Assembly: GCA_011526375.1 (NCBI GenBank) | Contig: WTIT01000087.1 | Span: 71,565-125,527 of the forward strand | DNA length: 53,963 nt | Direction: 5' to 3' | Source of the DNA: Methanobacteriota archaeon | GTDB taxonomy: Archaea > Thermoplasmatota > Poseidoniia > Poseidoniales > Poseidoniaceae | Shown: one piece after another, positions 1-8,458 of the stretch | Layout of the letters: each line of letters begins with the position of its first letter | Numbering within the stretch: the first letter of the stretch is position 1 | Program-made: the position numbers and the translations under genes | Notes under the pieces: model-generated | Database searches by the model: none | The model's input: the letters and a program-made list of their open reading frames with translations, nothing else | What the model was told of the DNA's origin: nothing

Positions 1-198
1 TGGACCCTGCTAGAATTGCCTTTACACCCTTCGCATCACTTGAAATCAAGTACGCCGTACCAACGCTTAGACGCTCATGATGAGTCTCCACAATTACCAA
101 ACGGTTACTATGTCATGTTTTGGACCGCTCTTATACCGCCATTATTCCACTATCGCATGAAAAATAGTTACCGCCAATACAAGCAACAAATTTCGTAA
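1..198 (+). CDS. C-terminal fragment (5' end outside window) of an AlkB-like membrane di-iron alkane 1-monooxygenase / fatty-acid desaturase superfamily protein
   Basis: Frame 1 is open from base 1 to the TAA at 196-198. The translation LLELPLHPSHHLKSSTPYQRLDAHDESPQLPNGYYVMFWTALIPPLFHYRM aligns by eye with the last His box (HxxHH) and the following YQ.L...P.LP.GY...A.IP..F...M tail as I recall it from Pseudomonas AlkB. Confidence 0.5.
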   Translation, partial: WTLLELPLHPSHHLKSSTPYQRLDAHDESPQLPNGYYVMFWTALIPPLFHYRMKNSYRQYKQQIS

Positions 199-259
199 TC
201 ATTTATTAACAGCGTTATAAATACTAGAACTCGATGATGCTGCTTATTAGTGGTCATTT

Positions 260-982
260 ATGTTAAATGTAGACGGTCTAACCAAGTCTTTTGGTTTCGG
301 AAGCGACAAATTTCAAGTCTTGAAAGGAATTGATCTACAACTGGAAAAAGGCGAATTGGTGGCCTTGATGGGACCCTCTGGGTGTGGAAAATCAACCTTA
401 CTGAATATTATCGGTGGTCTACTGCCTGGCGATGGCGGAGAAATTGAACTAAATGGCCGAAAATACGGCAAGAAGGGTCCATCAAGCGTAGTGGATGTTA
501 GGAGAGAACTTGTCGGTTGGATTTTCCAAGATTTTCATTTATTGAATAATTTATCTGCTGTAGACAATGTAGCAATGGCCCTTGAACTATCAGGTGTCTC
601 ATCAAAAGAAGCAGAAAAAAGAGCCGCTAATGCATTAGAAAGGGTTGGCCTTGGCGACAGGATGCATCATATTCCAGACCAATTATCCGGCGGCCAACAA
701 CAACGCGTCGCAATCGCTAGAGCGATTGCGGGTAATCGTCCCTTACTACTTGCGGATGAGCCGACAGGCAACCTCGACATTGCAAGTGGTAAAGATGTGC
801 TACAATTGTTCAAGGATTTGTGCCATGATGAGGATGACCCAATTTCAATACTCATGGTAACCCACGATCCAGAATTGGCAGCAAATGCTGACCGAATGTT
901 ATTGCTTAGAGATGGTAAAACCGAGGCATCTGATATTCGCTCTGCATGGGGTCTTGATGAAGAGGCAGGTGAAGAAGAGTGA
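260..982 (+). CDS. ABC transporter ATP-binding protein (MacB/LolD-type)
   Basis: Walker A GPSGCGKST, ABC signature LSGGQQQRV, Walker B LLLADEPT, H-loop VTHD. The stop overlaps the next start (GTGA at 979-982). Confidence 0.9.
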   Translation: MLNVDGLTKSFGFGSDKFQVLKGIDLQLEKGELVALMGPSGCGKSTLLNIIGGLLPGDGGEIELNGRKYGKKGPSSVVDVRRELVGWIFQDFHLLNNLSAVDNVAMALELSGVSSKEAEKRAANALERVGLGDRMHHIPDQLSGGQQQRVAIARAIAGNRPLLLADEPTGNLDIASGKDVLQLFKDLCHDEDDPISILMVTHDPELAANADRMLLLRDGKTEASDIRSAWGLDEEAGEEE

Positions 983-3900
983 GCGAAGAGAAGGAAGATT
1001 TCGATCCGTTTGCAACCTATGTTGTTCCCAAAGTGGGTATTCTCGAACGCTGGCGCAGAAGAGTGAGAGATGCTCCGGAAAATATCAGGCTTGCATCGCA
1101 AAGCGCATGGCGTGGTCGAGAAAGAGGTCTTGCCGTAGTAGCTGGAGTTTTTTTGGCGTCCTTGGTTATCACTACAGTGTTTTCTTACGGAATAGGATTA
1201 TCACAAATTTTCTTCGATGAATCACTTGATGGAGAGCCAATCGACGCTAAGGTTGAGTTCAAGAAAGCTCCCGTTGAAGGTGCAGCGGGGTGGACAAATA
1301 GCACCAGTGTCATGCAGGACGTTTGCAGTGAGTTAATGACAGAATATGCTGATGAACTTGCAGATTGTACAGTAGTTTTTGGTCGGCAAGGAATTCACAG
1401 TGCAGGGTTTTTCAACGAAGATTTCCTTTATGCCCAACCACTGGAGATGCGCTCAGTAGTTGATAATGAAAATCCATATTGGATTAATACCACGTTTGAG
1501 TATCCTGAACTAAGAGAAGCAGGACCGCCAATCTCGAACTATCGTTCGATAAGATTCATGGGGCCTGAGGCCTTTGACGGAGAGTTCGCTAAGCGATATG
1601 GTGAGAACATAATTCAGGGACAAGGTGAATGGCCATCTCCAGAAAATATGTCAAATCAGCGAGGGGTAATTTTACCATCAAACATCGCTTCTCAAGCAAA
1701 GGCTAATGTTGGAGATGTCTTAGATGAGATTACCTTTGTCTATGTTATTGATAGTGAGTTCTTCGATACAGGTGGTGTGGACTTAGTACAAGATTGTCCA
1801 GGCATAGCCTCTGCATCTGAAAATGGCAAAATATACTGCCGTATGCCGATGACCATAACCAACATGACTGTACTTGGAATATATCAGCCGTGGGATTTGG
1901 GCAATCCAACACTCGGTCCCAATCCGATATTTACTACTTGGACTGCACTGACTGAACAACAAAGTGCAACGCTGATGGAAAAAGATCACATTTACCTGGG
2001 ACTCGCAGTTGACCGTTCTCAACTACCAACAAGTTCAACAGCCGATGCAAGTGATTGGCTCAATGAACTAAAGGTTTCAATAATGGATGATAATTACACA
2101 GATAGTGGTATTGAATTATTCTACACAGATATTGTTGGTGGAACGATAACTTTCCTAAACATATTCCTCGGTTTCATCCAGGTTTTTGATTACATAATTA
2201 TGATTCCTATCGTTATAATGTCGCTTGCAGTATTGGTTTACGGTTTGATTCTGTCACTCGAACAGAGGAGAAAAGAAATCAGTATACACAGGGTAATTGG
2301 CGCTGATAGTAAGGGCCTTCAAGGGATGGTTTTGCTAGAACTAGCAGTTTTTGCATCTGTTGCTTGGATAGCAGGCTATCTTCTAGCCATGTTTGCGGTT
2401 CCAATTGTTCTTTCTGCAGTTGGCTTCATGCAATTCAAATCAGGAGATTTCAATGTAGACCCAAGCTTAAGCTTCGGTGCAACACTGTTTACTGCAATAA
2501 GCACCCTCGGTCTAGCAATTTTGTTTGGTCGTAAGCGAGCCAGAGATTTCATTGAACTAGAAATTGAAGAGGGTGTCAAGAGTCAGATAGCAAAATCTGA
2601 GCCAAAATATTGGCTACATTGGACTTGTTTTATCCTAGGTTTCATCTCAGTTATTGACACGTGGATGGAAATGAATGGTAGTGAAAATGGCATTATTGAG
2701 AACTTCTTCCTTGAAGGCCTGTTTGGAATTTTTGGCCCATTCTTGTTTTGGATTGGTGGGGCATTAGTTTTGGGAAGATTGGGTGCCAAAGGGCCGCAAA
2801 TAATGCAACTAATATTCGGCAGAACCAAGTTATTGAAAGATGTCAAACGTGGGCTCAAGGGGTCAGGATCAACCGAATCCGTTAACCGCTTGGCAGTAAT
2901 CATGTTGCTGACTCTTTCCATCGTAACACTTGCAGCAGTGCAAGGCTATACTGGAACTTTAGTAGACGAAAGAACCGTTGATTCAACTGTTGGCGGTGAT
3001 ATACAAATTACCTTTGAAAACCAACAAGATGAAGCACAAGCGTTAGCAATTTTTGACGAAATTTACGATGGTGAAAAAGCGGTAATTGCTACCACAGTCC
3101 CATCATTGTTACTCAAGAGTCCAGATGGAGATTTTATTCAGACATACGTAATTCTAGACGATTCGGATAATGTGCTACACTGGAGTCAACAATCAGTTCC
3201 GGGTAAGGATGTCTCCGATGCTTTAACAAGATATAGCGAGGGTGGTTTTTCCGCTGGTGAAGATTCTGCATTTACGCTAGACCTTGCTGGGTCATGGTCG
3301 GATCAAGAAAAATTGGATGATGTACTGCTTAGCAAAGGTGATGAGCGCAGTATGGAAGTTGTGATGACATATGAAGAACTCACCTTCAACTTCATTTCTG
3401 GTGGATTTGCTTTGGATAACCTAAGCGACTTTGAGCAGCTATTCGAATTGTATGAGATGTATTCTGCAATGATGGAGGTTGACCTATCCGGAGTTGATTT
3501 CTCTGGTCAGGACCTTAGTTATCGCGAACTAGGTAGGTTTGACTTTACTGGTGCAAACCTCTCAGGTGCCAATCTCGAAGGCGCTAATCTAAGTGAATCT
3601 TTGATGGTTGGTGTAGACTTAAGCGGTGCCAATTTAATTGATGCTAACTTAGCAAACAGTATTTTCTTTGAATCTCCGGACGGAACGCTGGAGAATGCTG
3701 ACCTTACCGGTGCAGAATTAACTGGAATCTTTGGCGACATAGATCTCACTGTAGCGACTTTAGGTAACGCCACTTGTCCAGATACAACAATTGCCACAGA
3801 CACGAACTGCGATTCAGGCGCATCACAAATTCCGCCGCCACTGGCTCAGCCATTATTCCAAACCGGCACTCAAGTCGAAGTAGTAATTATTCCTCACAAT

Positions 3901-4620
3901 GCTACCCTCAAGTACATGGGTTTACACGAATACATCCCAGGGGTAAACTCGCCATTAATCGCCGATTCGATAATAATTGGAGAGTCCTCTTGGAAGGAAT
4001 TCGTTGGCGTTGAACAGGTGAATAACCATACCTCAACAAATTGGATTTTCAGCGTAAGTGGTGTTGAAGGAGAAGCATTGAAGGCTCTTGGCGCTAGAAT
4101 TGAGGCAGACTCCAGAGTTGCTAGTGTGCTTGATTGGACCACTGAGCATGAAGCAGTTGAGAGAAACGGTGGTTTAATTTTTGGAACACCCGGTCTACTA
4201 TCACTGCAGTTTGTTGTCGCTAGTATCGCCGCAGTAGCATCGAGTTTTGTCTTCTTATCTTTGGTGTTAAATCAACGTAAGAAGGAACTTGCAGTGCTGC
4301 AGGCGATTGGGGCTAGTCCAACTCAAATCCTACGACTGGTATTATTCGAGATTCTTTCGATAATCATTGTCTCAATGCTACTGGGATTAGTTCTTGGAAT
4401 TGGATTAGCATTCTCATTTAACGGATTCTTTGATGTATTCGGCTTTATTTTCCAACTATTTGGTGGCGCTTCAACAAATATAACGCGGGAATTAGTTTAT
4501 CCGTGGTTTGAGTTGACTTTGGTATCAATATCAGTGTTCACTGCAGTAGTTATTGCGTTACTGATGACTACCCGCAGGGCGTTGAAATCAGACCTTGCCA
4601 TGGTCTTGAAGGGGGAATGA
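979..4620 (+). CDS. Giant double-FtsX (MacB-like) ABC permease with two large extracytoplasmic domains, the second containing pentapeptide repeats
   Basis: 1213 aa. Two FtsX-type TM bundles are recognisable: LEQRRKEISIHRVIGADSKG (around aa 430) and LNQRKKELAVLQAIGASPTQ (around aa 1110). There is an N-terminal TM, and additional TM helices lie between the halves. The GTG start overlaps the upstream stop, and the stop overlaps the next ATG (ATGA 4617-4620). Confidence 0.8.
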   Translation: MSEEKEDFDPFATYVVPKVGILERWRRRVRDAPENIRLASQSAWRGRERGLAVVAGVFLASLVITTVFSYGIGLSQIFFDESLDGEPIDAKVEFKKAPVEGAAGWTNSTSVMQDVCSELMTEYADELADCTVVFGRQGIHSAGFFNEDFLYAQPLEMRSVVDNENPYWINTTFEYPELREAGPPISNYRSIRFMGPEAFDGEFAKRYGENIIQGQGEWPSPENMSNQRGVILPSNIASQAKANVGDVLDEITFVYVIDSEFFDTGGVDLVQDCPGIASASENGKIYCRMPMTITNMTVLGIYQPWDLGNPTLGPNPIFTTWTALTEQQSATLMEKDHIYLGLAVDRSQLPTSSTADASDWLNELKVSIMDDNYTDSGIELFYTDIVGGTITFLNIFLGFIQVFDYIIMIPIVIMSLAVLVYGLILSLEQRRKEISIHRVIGADSKGLQGMVLLELAVFASVAWIAGYLLAMFAVPIVLSAVGFMQFKSGDFNVDPSLSFGATLFTAISTLGLAILFGRKRARDFIELEIEEGVKSQIAKSEPKYWLHWTCFILGFISVIDTWMEMNGSENGIIENFFLEGLFGIFGPFLFWIGGALVLGRLGAKGPQIMQLIFGRTKLLKDVKRGLKGSGSTESVNRLAVIMLLTLSIVTLAAVQGYTGTLVDERTVDSTVGGDIQITFENQQDEAQALAIFDEIYDGEKAVIATTVPSLLLKSPDGDFIQTYVILDDSDNVLHWSQQSVPGKDVSDALTRYSEGGFSAGEDSAFTLDLAGSWSDQEKLDDVLLSKGDERSMEVVMTYEELTFNFISGGFALDNLSDFEQLFELYEMYSAMMEVDLSGVDFSGQDLSYRELGRFDFTGANLSGANLEGANLSESLMVGVDLSGANLIDANLANSIFFESPDGTLENADLTGAELTGIFGDIDLTVATLGNATCPDTTIATDTNCDSGASQIPPPLAQPLFQTGTQVEVVIIPHNATLKYMGLHEYIPGVNSPLIADSIIIGESSWKEFVGVEQVNNHTSTNWIFSVSGVEGEALKALGARIEADSRVASVLDWTTEHEAVERNGGLIFGTPGLLSLQFVVASIAAVASSFVFLSLVLNQRKKELAVLQAIGASPTQILRLVLFEILSIIIVSMLLGLVLGIGLAFSFNGFFDVFGFIFQLFGGASTNITRELVYPWFELTLVSISVFTAVVIALLMTTRRALKSDLAMVLKGE
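3481..3780 (+). repeat. Pentapeptide-repeat (A[DN]LxX) tract inside the second extracytoplasmic domain of the permease (approximate bounds)
   Basis: The translation is DLSGVDFSGQDLSYRELGRFDFTGANLSGANLEGANLSESLMVGVDLSGANLIDANLANSIFF...ENADLTGAELTG. This shows clear 5-residue periodicity with the ANL/DLSG signature. Confidence 0.75.
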
Positions 4621-5603
4621 AAATGGTTGAAAGTATACTCAAAGCATCATCATTGTACCACGTCTATGAATCAAAGGCTGAGGATGGTAACGTAGTCGCT
4701 CTTAGAGGGATACACATCGACATCAAGGAAGGTGAAGCCATCGCAGTAGTTGGCCCATCTGGTTCAGGTAAGTCAACACTAATGAAGTGCCTTGGTGGTT
4801 TGATGAAGCCAAGTTCAGGCTCAGTAATGTTAGCGGGCAAAAACATGACTCGGTTAAGCGGCAAGGAGTTGGTTCATCTAAGGCAAAAAACGGTTTCATT
4901 CATCTTCCAAGAAGGTAACCTACTGCCGGATATGAATGCTCGTGACAATGTCGCCCAACCGCTTCGACATCAGGGTGTGTCTTCAAGAAAAGCGCTGAAA
5001 TTGGCAGACGAAATGCTTGACCGTTTGGGAATTTTACACCGAGCACGGGCATTACCGATGAAACTCAGTGGTGGCGAGCAACAGAGAGTGGCAATCGCAA
5101 GAGCACTAATTACCAACCCACGATTGATATTGGCGGACGAACCTACGGGTGCTTTAGACCCAATAACCAGTAGAGAGGTATTGGCTTTATTCAAGGAATT
5201 ACACGAAAAAGATGGAGTGTCTTTCTTAATCGTTACACATTCAAAGGAAGTAGCATCTTTCGCTGATAGATCACTGGAGCTGCGAGACGGTAGATTTGTG
5301 GCCGAACATGGCGTTGGTGTAGATGTTGAAGATTTGAGTCGAGGCCGTGAATTGATTATTGACGAAACAGGGACAGTTACTTTACCGCCTGATGTGTTAC
5401 TTCGTATTGGAGGTCCGGGTAAGTACGTGACATCAAATATCGATAACGGATTATTGAGTCTACAAGGTGAGAAGGTCGAAACGATGGGTAAGTTAGAGTT
5501 GTCACCAATTTGTCCAGCGTGTAAGCATGATTACGGTGATAGTGACCTTCAAGAATGTCCATCATGTGGATCCAGTAGACCAATGGTGGAAGTGTCACAA
5601 TGA
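4617..5603 (+). CDS. Second ABC transporter ATP-binding protein with C-terminal extension ending in a zinc ribbon
   Basis: Walker A GPSGSGKST, signature LSGGEQQRV, Walker B LILADEPT, H-loop VTHS. A C-terminal extension of about 100 aa ends in CPAC-x11-CPSC (nt 5511-5567). ATGA overlaps are present at both ends of the gene. Confidence 0.9.
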   Translation: MKMVESILKASSLYHVYESKAEDGNVVALRGIHIDIKEGEAIAVVGPSGSGKSTLMKCLGGLMKPSSGSVMLAGKNMTRLSGKELVHLRQKTVSFIFQEGNLLPDMNARDNVAQPLRHQGVSSRKALKLADEMLDRLGILHRARALPMKLSGGEQQRVAIARALITNPRLILADEPTGALDPITSREVLALFKELHEKDGVSFLIVTHSKEVASFADRSLELRDGRFVAEHGVGVDVEDLSRGRELIIDETGTVTLPPDVLLRIGGPGKYVTSNIDNGLLSLQGEKVETMGKLELSPICPACKHDYGDSDLQECPSCGSSRPMVEVSQ

Positions 5604-5887
5604 AACAATTAGTCTCGTTTATCTCTTACTTAGAGGCCTTTTCAGCTCTGTTGTTGTTCTCCGTAGCAATGCCTGTCAAATATATTGGTGGCGATCCGGA
5701 ATTGGTATCATTGGTTGGTGCAATTCACGGGTTTTTGTTTGTTTTATTTATTGGCTTGTTACTTGTTGGGGTTGGCAAGCATTGGAACAGGACTGCATTT
5801 TACCACGGTTTCATTGCTGCTGTAGTACCAGCGGGCCCATTTTTGTTCGACGGAATGCTGATCAGCGGAGAATACGACCTTGATTAA
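5600..5887 (+). CDS. DUF3817-family small integral membrane protein
   Basis: 95 aa. The pattern ...AMPVKYIGGDPELVSLVGAIHGFLFVLF...VPAGPFLFD matches my recollection of the DUF3817 consensus (PlKY..g.p..v...G..HG.lF ... PfG.F.fd). The start overlaps the upstream stop (ATGA 5600-5603). Confidence 0.65.
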   Translation: MKQLVSFISYLEAFSALLLFSVAMPVKYIGGDPELVSLVGAIHGFLFVLFIGLLLVGVGKHWNRTAFYHGFIAAVVPAGPFLFDGMLISGEYDLD

Positions 5888-6321
5888 GCAGCTTTGACAC
5901 CTTCAGGCCAAAGTACAAGAATCAAAGTCTTGCCTCTGGTTTTTGGAGTATGAGTGGTCTCTCTGTCCATCCAAACAATCGAACCTGTAGGGTAAGTGCC
6001 TTCATCATCCCAAACCTCACCTTCTAGCACAAGATATGCCTCGCCACCAGGGTGCATGTGTGGCATGAAAGCATCAACAGTTACTTCTGAATCAGCGTCA
6101 TACAAAACCAGTGAACACTTCTCTTCACGTTTTAGTTTACCAAGTCTAACCCCCGTTTCGAAATCTTTCCATGAAATATTCTCTTCTAACCATTCTTTGT
6201 TGATGTTAAATCCAAGCCAATCTGACATGTCATGTGTGAAGACCATGACACGCCCAAATTGTCGAACTTGATGATTTCTTCGGATATTTTCCATAGGTTT
6301 CAAACGGTATGCATCTATCAC
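5884..6321 (-). CDS. Cupin-domain protein (ChrR-like cupin)
   Basis: 145 aa. It has a cupin-like HMHPGGEAYLVLEGEV...G..VWMD..T.H motif arrangement. Its 3' end overlaps the DUF3817 stop by 4 nt (convergent). Confidence 0.5.
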   Translation of the reverse strand: MIDAYRLKPMENIRRNHQVRQFGRVMVFTHDMSDWLGFNINKEWLEENISWKDFETGVRLGKLKREEKCSLVLYDADSEVTVDAFMPHMHPGGEAYLVLEGEVWDDEGTYPTGSIVWMDRETTHTPKTRGKTLILVLWPEGVKAA

Positions 6322-6333
6322 AGGTTGAGAACG

Positions 6334-7158
6334 ATGGGAGTACAGCCAATAGCACTGCCTAATTTTCCCCCTGAGGGGCCTTGGGATGCTTATGTTTCAA
6401 TCATCATTTGGACTCCTCTAATTCTTAGAATTCTATTCTTAATGGTGCCTTTTAGAAATGCAATAAGAAAGTTAGCACCTCATGCGGGATGGGCCTTAAA
6501 GCAAGTACGAGACTTGCCTGTGCGAGGTTTTGGCCTACTGGCTGCTAACGAAATCTTAGCCATACTATTCCCTCCTCTTGCAGTATTAATGGTTAGAATG
6601 CTGTTTGACCCAATAGGTTGGCAAAAATGGGACGACGTCTCTAATTTAGGGGGAACAGTTCTGTTACTGTTATTATTTTTCTGGATTTTCTTTGACATTT
6701 TCCGGATTGGGAAAATTCGGAGAATGTTGAAAGCCGTCGAAAAGCATGATGTCAATAAACTGAGGAAGGTTGCCGATACCGGATTATCCGTCCGCTCATG
6801 GCTCAAGAAATTTTCAAAAAATCAAAAACCCGAGGTTGAAAATGATAACACTGCAATCGTGAAGGAAACAGGTAGTAGAGCACTGAAAACCAGTCTCCTA
6901 ATTTGGGGTAGTAAGGCAATTAAAGCGAGAAAACTGACTCCTGCCGGCTTGTTGTCAAGCGTTGCTGTTGGTGCAGCCATTGAAGTTGCTCGGACTGGAG
7001 CTGGGAAAATATCAGATATGGTCGATGATAAGATGCAGGAAGAATTTGATAAAATTGCCGAGGTAAAATCTCGGACTTTGTTGATTCTATTCGTTCGAGA
7101 TTTATTCATGGGAATTGCTCCGTTAATTGCCTTGGCACTACTGCCTGTCATTTTCTGA
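6334..7158 (+). CDS. Hypothetical multi-pass membrane protein
   Basis: The ORF is open from 6232, but the first 102 nt overlap the cupin gene. I prefer the internal ATG at 6334 (MGVQPIALPNF...). Several hydrophobic helices are visible. I recognise no family. Confidence 0.45.
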   Translation: MGVQPIALPNFPPEGPWDAYVSIIIWTPLILRILFLMVPFRNAIRKLAPHAGWALKQVRDLPVRGFGLLAANEILAILFPPLAVLMVRMLFDPIGWQKWDDVSNLGGTVLLLLLFFWIFFDIFRIGKIRRMLKAVEKHDVNKLRKVADTGLSVRSWLKKFSKNQKPEVENDNTAIVKETGSRALKTSLLIWGSKAIKARKLTPAGLLSSVAVGAAIEVARTGAGKISDMVDDKMQEEFDKIAEVKSRTLLILFVRDLFMGIAPLIALALLPVIF

Positions 7159-7212
7159 ATAAGCCACTAGATTCATGTCTCTAGCCTACTTGGAGTAGAA
7201 TGAGGAGTTAGT

Positions 7213-7920
7213 TTGGCATTGTTAATTTTGATGCGTCACGGCCAATCAATGTGGAACGCTGCAGGCTTGTTTACCGGCTGGGTAGATGTTCCTTTGACTA
7301 ATGAAGGAATTGATGAAGCGATTGCAGGCGGCAAAAAAATATCATCCTATAACATTGATGAGGTTCATGTTTCCACTCTAATCAGAGCACAAATGACAGC
7401 TATGATAGCCTTAGCGCAAAACGATCACGGTAAGACTCCAGTGTTCCAGTATAATCCGTCAGAAAACGGCGAACATGCTTCGCAAAATGAGACTAGAATG
7501 ATTGAATGGGCCCAAATTAATGGCGCCGCAGGTGGAGAAAACATCCTGCCTGTACATGTTTCTTGGCAATTGAATGAGCGAATGTATGGTGACCTTCAAG
7601 GTCTCAACAAAGAGGCTACAAGACAGCAGTATGGTGCAGAACAAGTTCATATTTGGCGCCGTTCATACGATGTGCCCCCACCTAACGGTGAATCATTAGA
7701 ACTAACTGCACAACGAACTATCCCTTACTTAGAAGAGAGTATAATCCCGCAATTATCCAATGGCAAGAACTTGTTTATTGCCGCCCATGGTAATTCTCTT
7801 AGAAGCATAATCATGCGTATAGAGTCGTTATCTAAGGATGAGGTTCTGTCGCTTGAAGTGCCGACAGGAGTGCCATTGATTTACCAATATGAAAATGGTG
7901 AATGGTCCAAGTTGGATTGA
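7213..7920 (+). CDS. gpmA: 2,3-bisphosphoglycerate-dependent phosphoglycerate mutase
   Basis: LILMRHGQSMWNAAGLFTGWVDVPLTNEG (RHG catalytic motif), IWRRSYDVPPP and AAHGNSLRSI are all close to bacterial GpmA. The start codon is TTG. Confidence 0.9.
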   Translation: MALLILMRHGQSMWNAAGLFTGWVDVPLTNEGIDEAIAGGKKISSYNIDEVHVSTLIRAQMTAMIALAQNDHGKTPVFQYNPSENGEHASQNETRMIEWAQINGAAGGENILPVHVSWQLNERMYGDLQGLNKEATRQQYGAEQVHIWRRSYDVPPPNGESLELTAQRTIPYLEESIIPQLSNGKNLFIAAHGNSLRSIIMRIESLSKDEVLSLEVPTGVPLIYQYENGEWSKLD

Positions 7921-7927
7921 TACGCTG

Positions 7928-7933
7928 TTTTTT
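7928..7933 (+). terminator. Oligo-T tract (T6) immediately after the gpmA stop; candidate archaeal terminator
   Basis: The sequence is ctgTTTTTTg, 8 nt after the TGA at 7918-7920. Archaeal RNAP terminates at oligo-T runs. Confidence 0.3.
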
Positions 7934-7957
7934 GTATTATGACTTTGGTAAAGATTC

Positions 7958-8458
7958 GTGGTCAACAGTTTCGCAAATTTCCATGTTGCAACGAAGGTTG
8001 TGATTATGGCATTGCTGGTTGCATCCCCGTGGCTTGTTGTGCAACTTGGCATAGCAGTATTGGCTCCTGATGAAGAAATTACTGAAATGCCTAAATGTGA
8101 TTCGACAAGTGGTAACTGCGCACATTTAGGTGGCGGCGATGATTATCGTCTTTTGGAAACCTATCCAACGTTCTTGAATCAATCATCCAGTGTTGTATAT
8201 AACTATTTGATTGACTACATCAATTCTAATGATTGGGACTTATTGTACGAGGATTCTTCTCAAGGTAACTATTACATTCACTTTGTTGAAAAAACAAAAT
8301 TTTGGCTGTTTCCAGATGATGTAATTGTTTCAATACAAGCCTCTGATGATGGATCACTGATAGAGATACATTCAGAATCAAGACTTGGATGGGGAGATTT
8401 GGGAGTTAATCCGGACAGGATAGACAAAATATACCTTGAATTATCGAGGAATAATTGA
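7958..8458 (+). CDS. DUF1499-family protein with N-terminal TM helix
   Basis: FWLFPDDVIVSIQ...IEIHSESRLGWGDLGVNPDRIDKIYLEL resembles the DUF1499 C-terminal signature (F.DD...vrS.SR.G.sD.GvN..R). The ORF opens with GTG at 7958, and an alternative ATG lies at 8006. Confidence 0.55.
   Translation: MVNSFANFHVATKVVIMALLVASPWLVVQLGIAVLAPDEEITEMPKCDSTSGNCAHLGGGDDYRLLETYPTFLNQSSSVVYNYLIDYINSNDWDLLYEDSSQGNYYIHFVEKTKFWLFPDDVIVSIQASDDGSLIEIHSESRLGWGDLGVNPDRIDKIYLELSRNN

Noticed and set aside
667-1101. 144-aa antisense ORF across the first ABC ATPase and the start of the permease gene.
   Set aside because: It overlaps a CDS with complete Walker/signature motifs. The antisense translation has no recognisable features. 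Long antisense ORFs opposite ABC genes are common artefacts.
3481-3780. Considered whether the pentapeptide tract is a separate Qnr/MfpA-like gene.
   Set aside because: It is in frame and continuous with the permease ORF. It has no internal start/SD context and is flanked by TM bundles of the same protein.
6232-6333. N-terminal extensions of the longest ORFs: 6232..6333, 9061..9273, 22040..22138, 51222..51389 and 53120..53209.
   Set aside because: Each extension is antisense to, or overlaps, a well-supported neighbouring gene and translates to non-protein-like sequence. Internal ATGs followed by plausible signal, TM or basic N-termini give non-overlapping models.
7213-7920. Insertion NPSENGEHASQNETRMIEWAQINGAAGGENILP in GpmA relative to the bacterial enzymes I remember.
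   Set aside because: It is probably a lineage-specific surface loop. Catalytic motifs on both sides are intact and there is no evidence of an intein or a frameshift.
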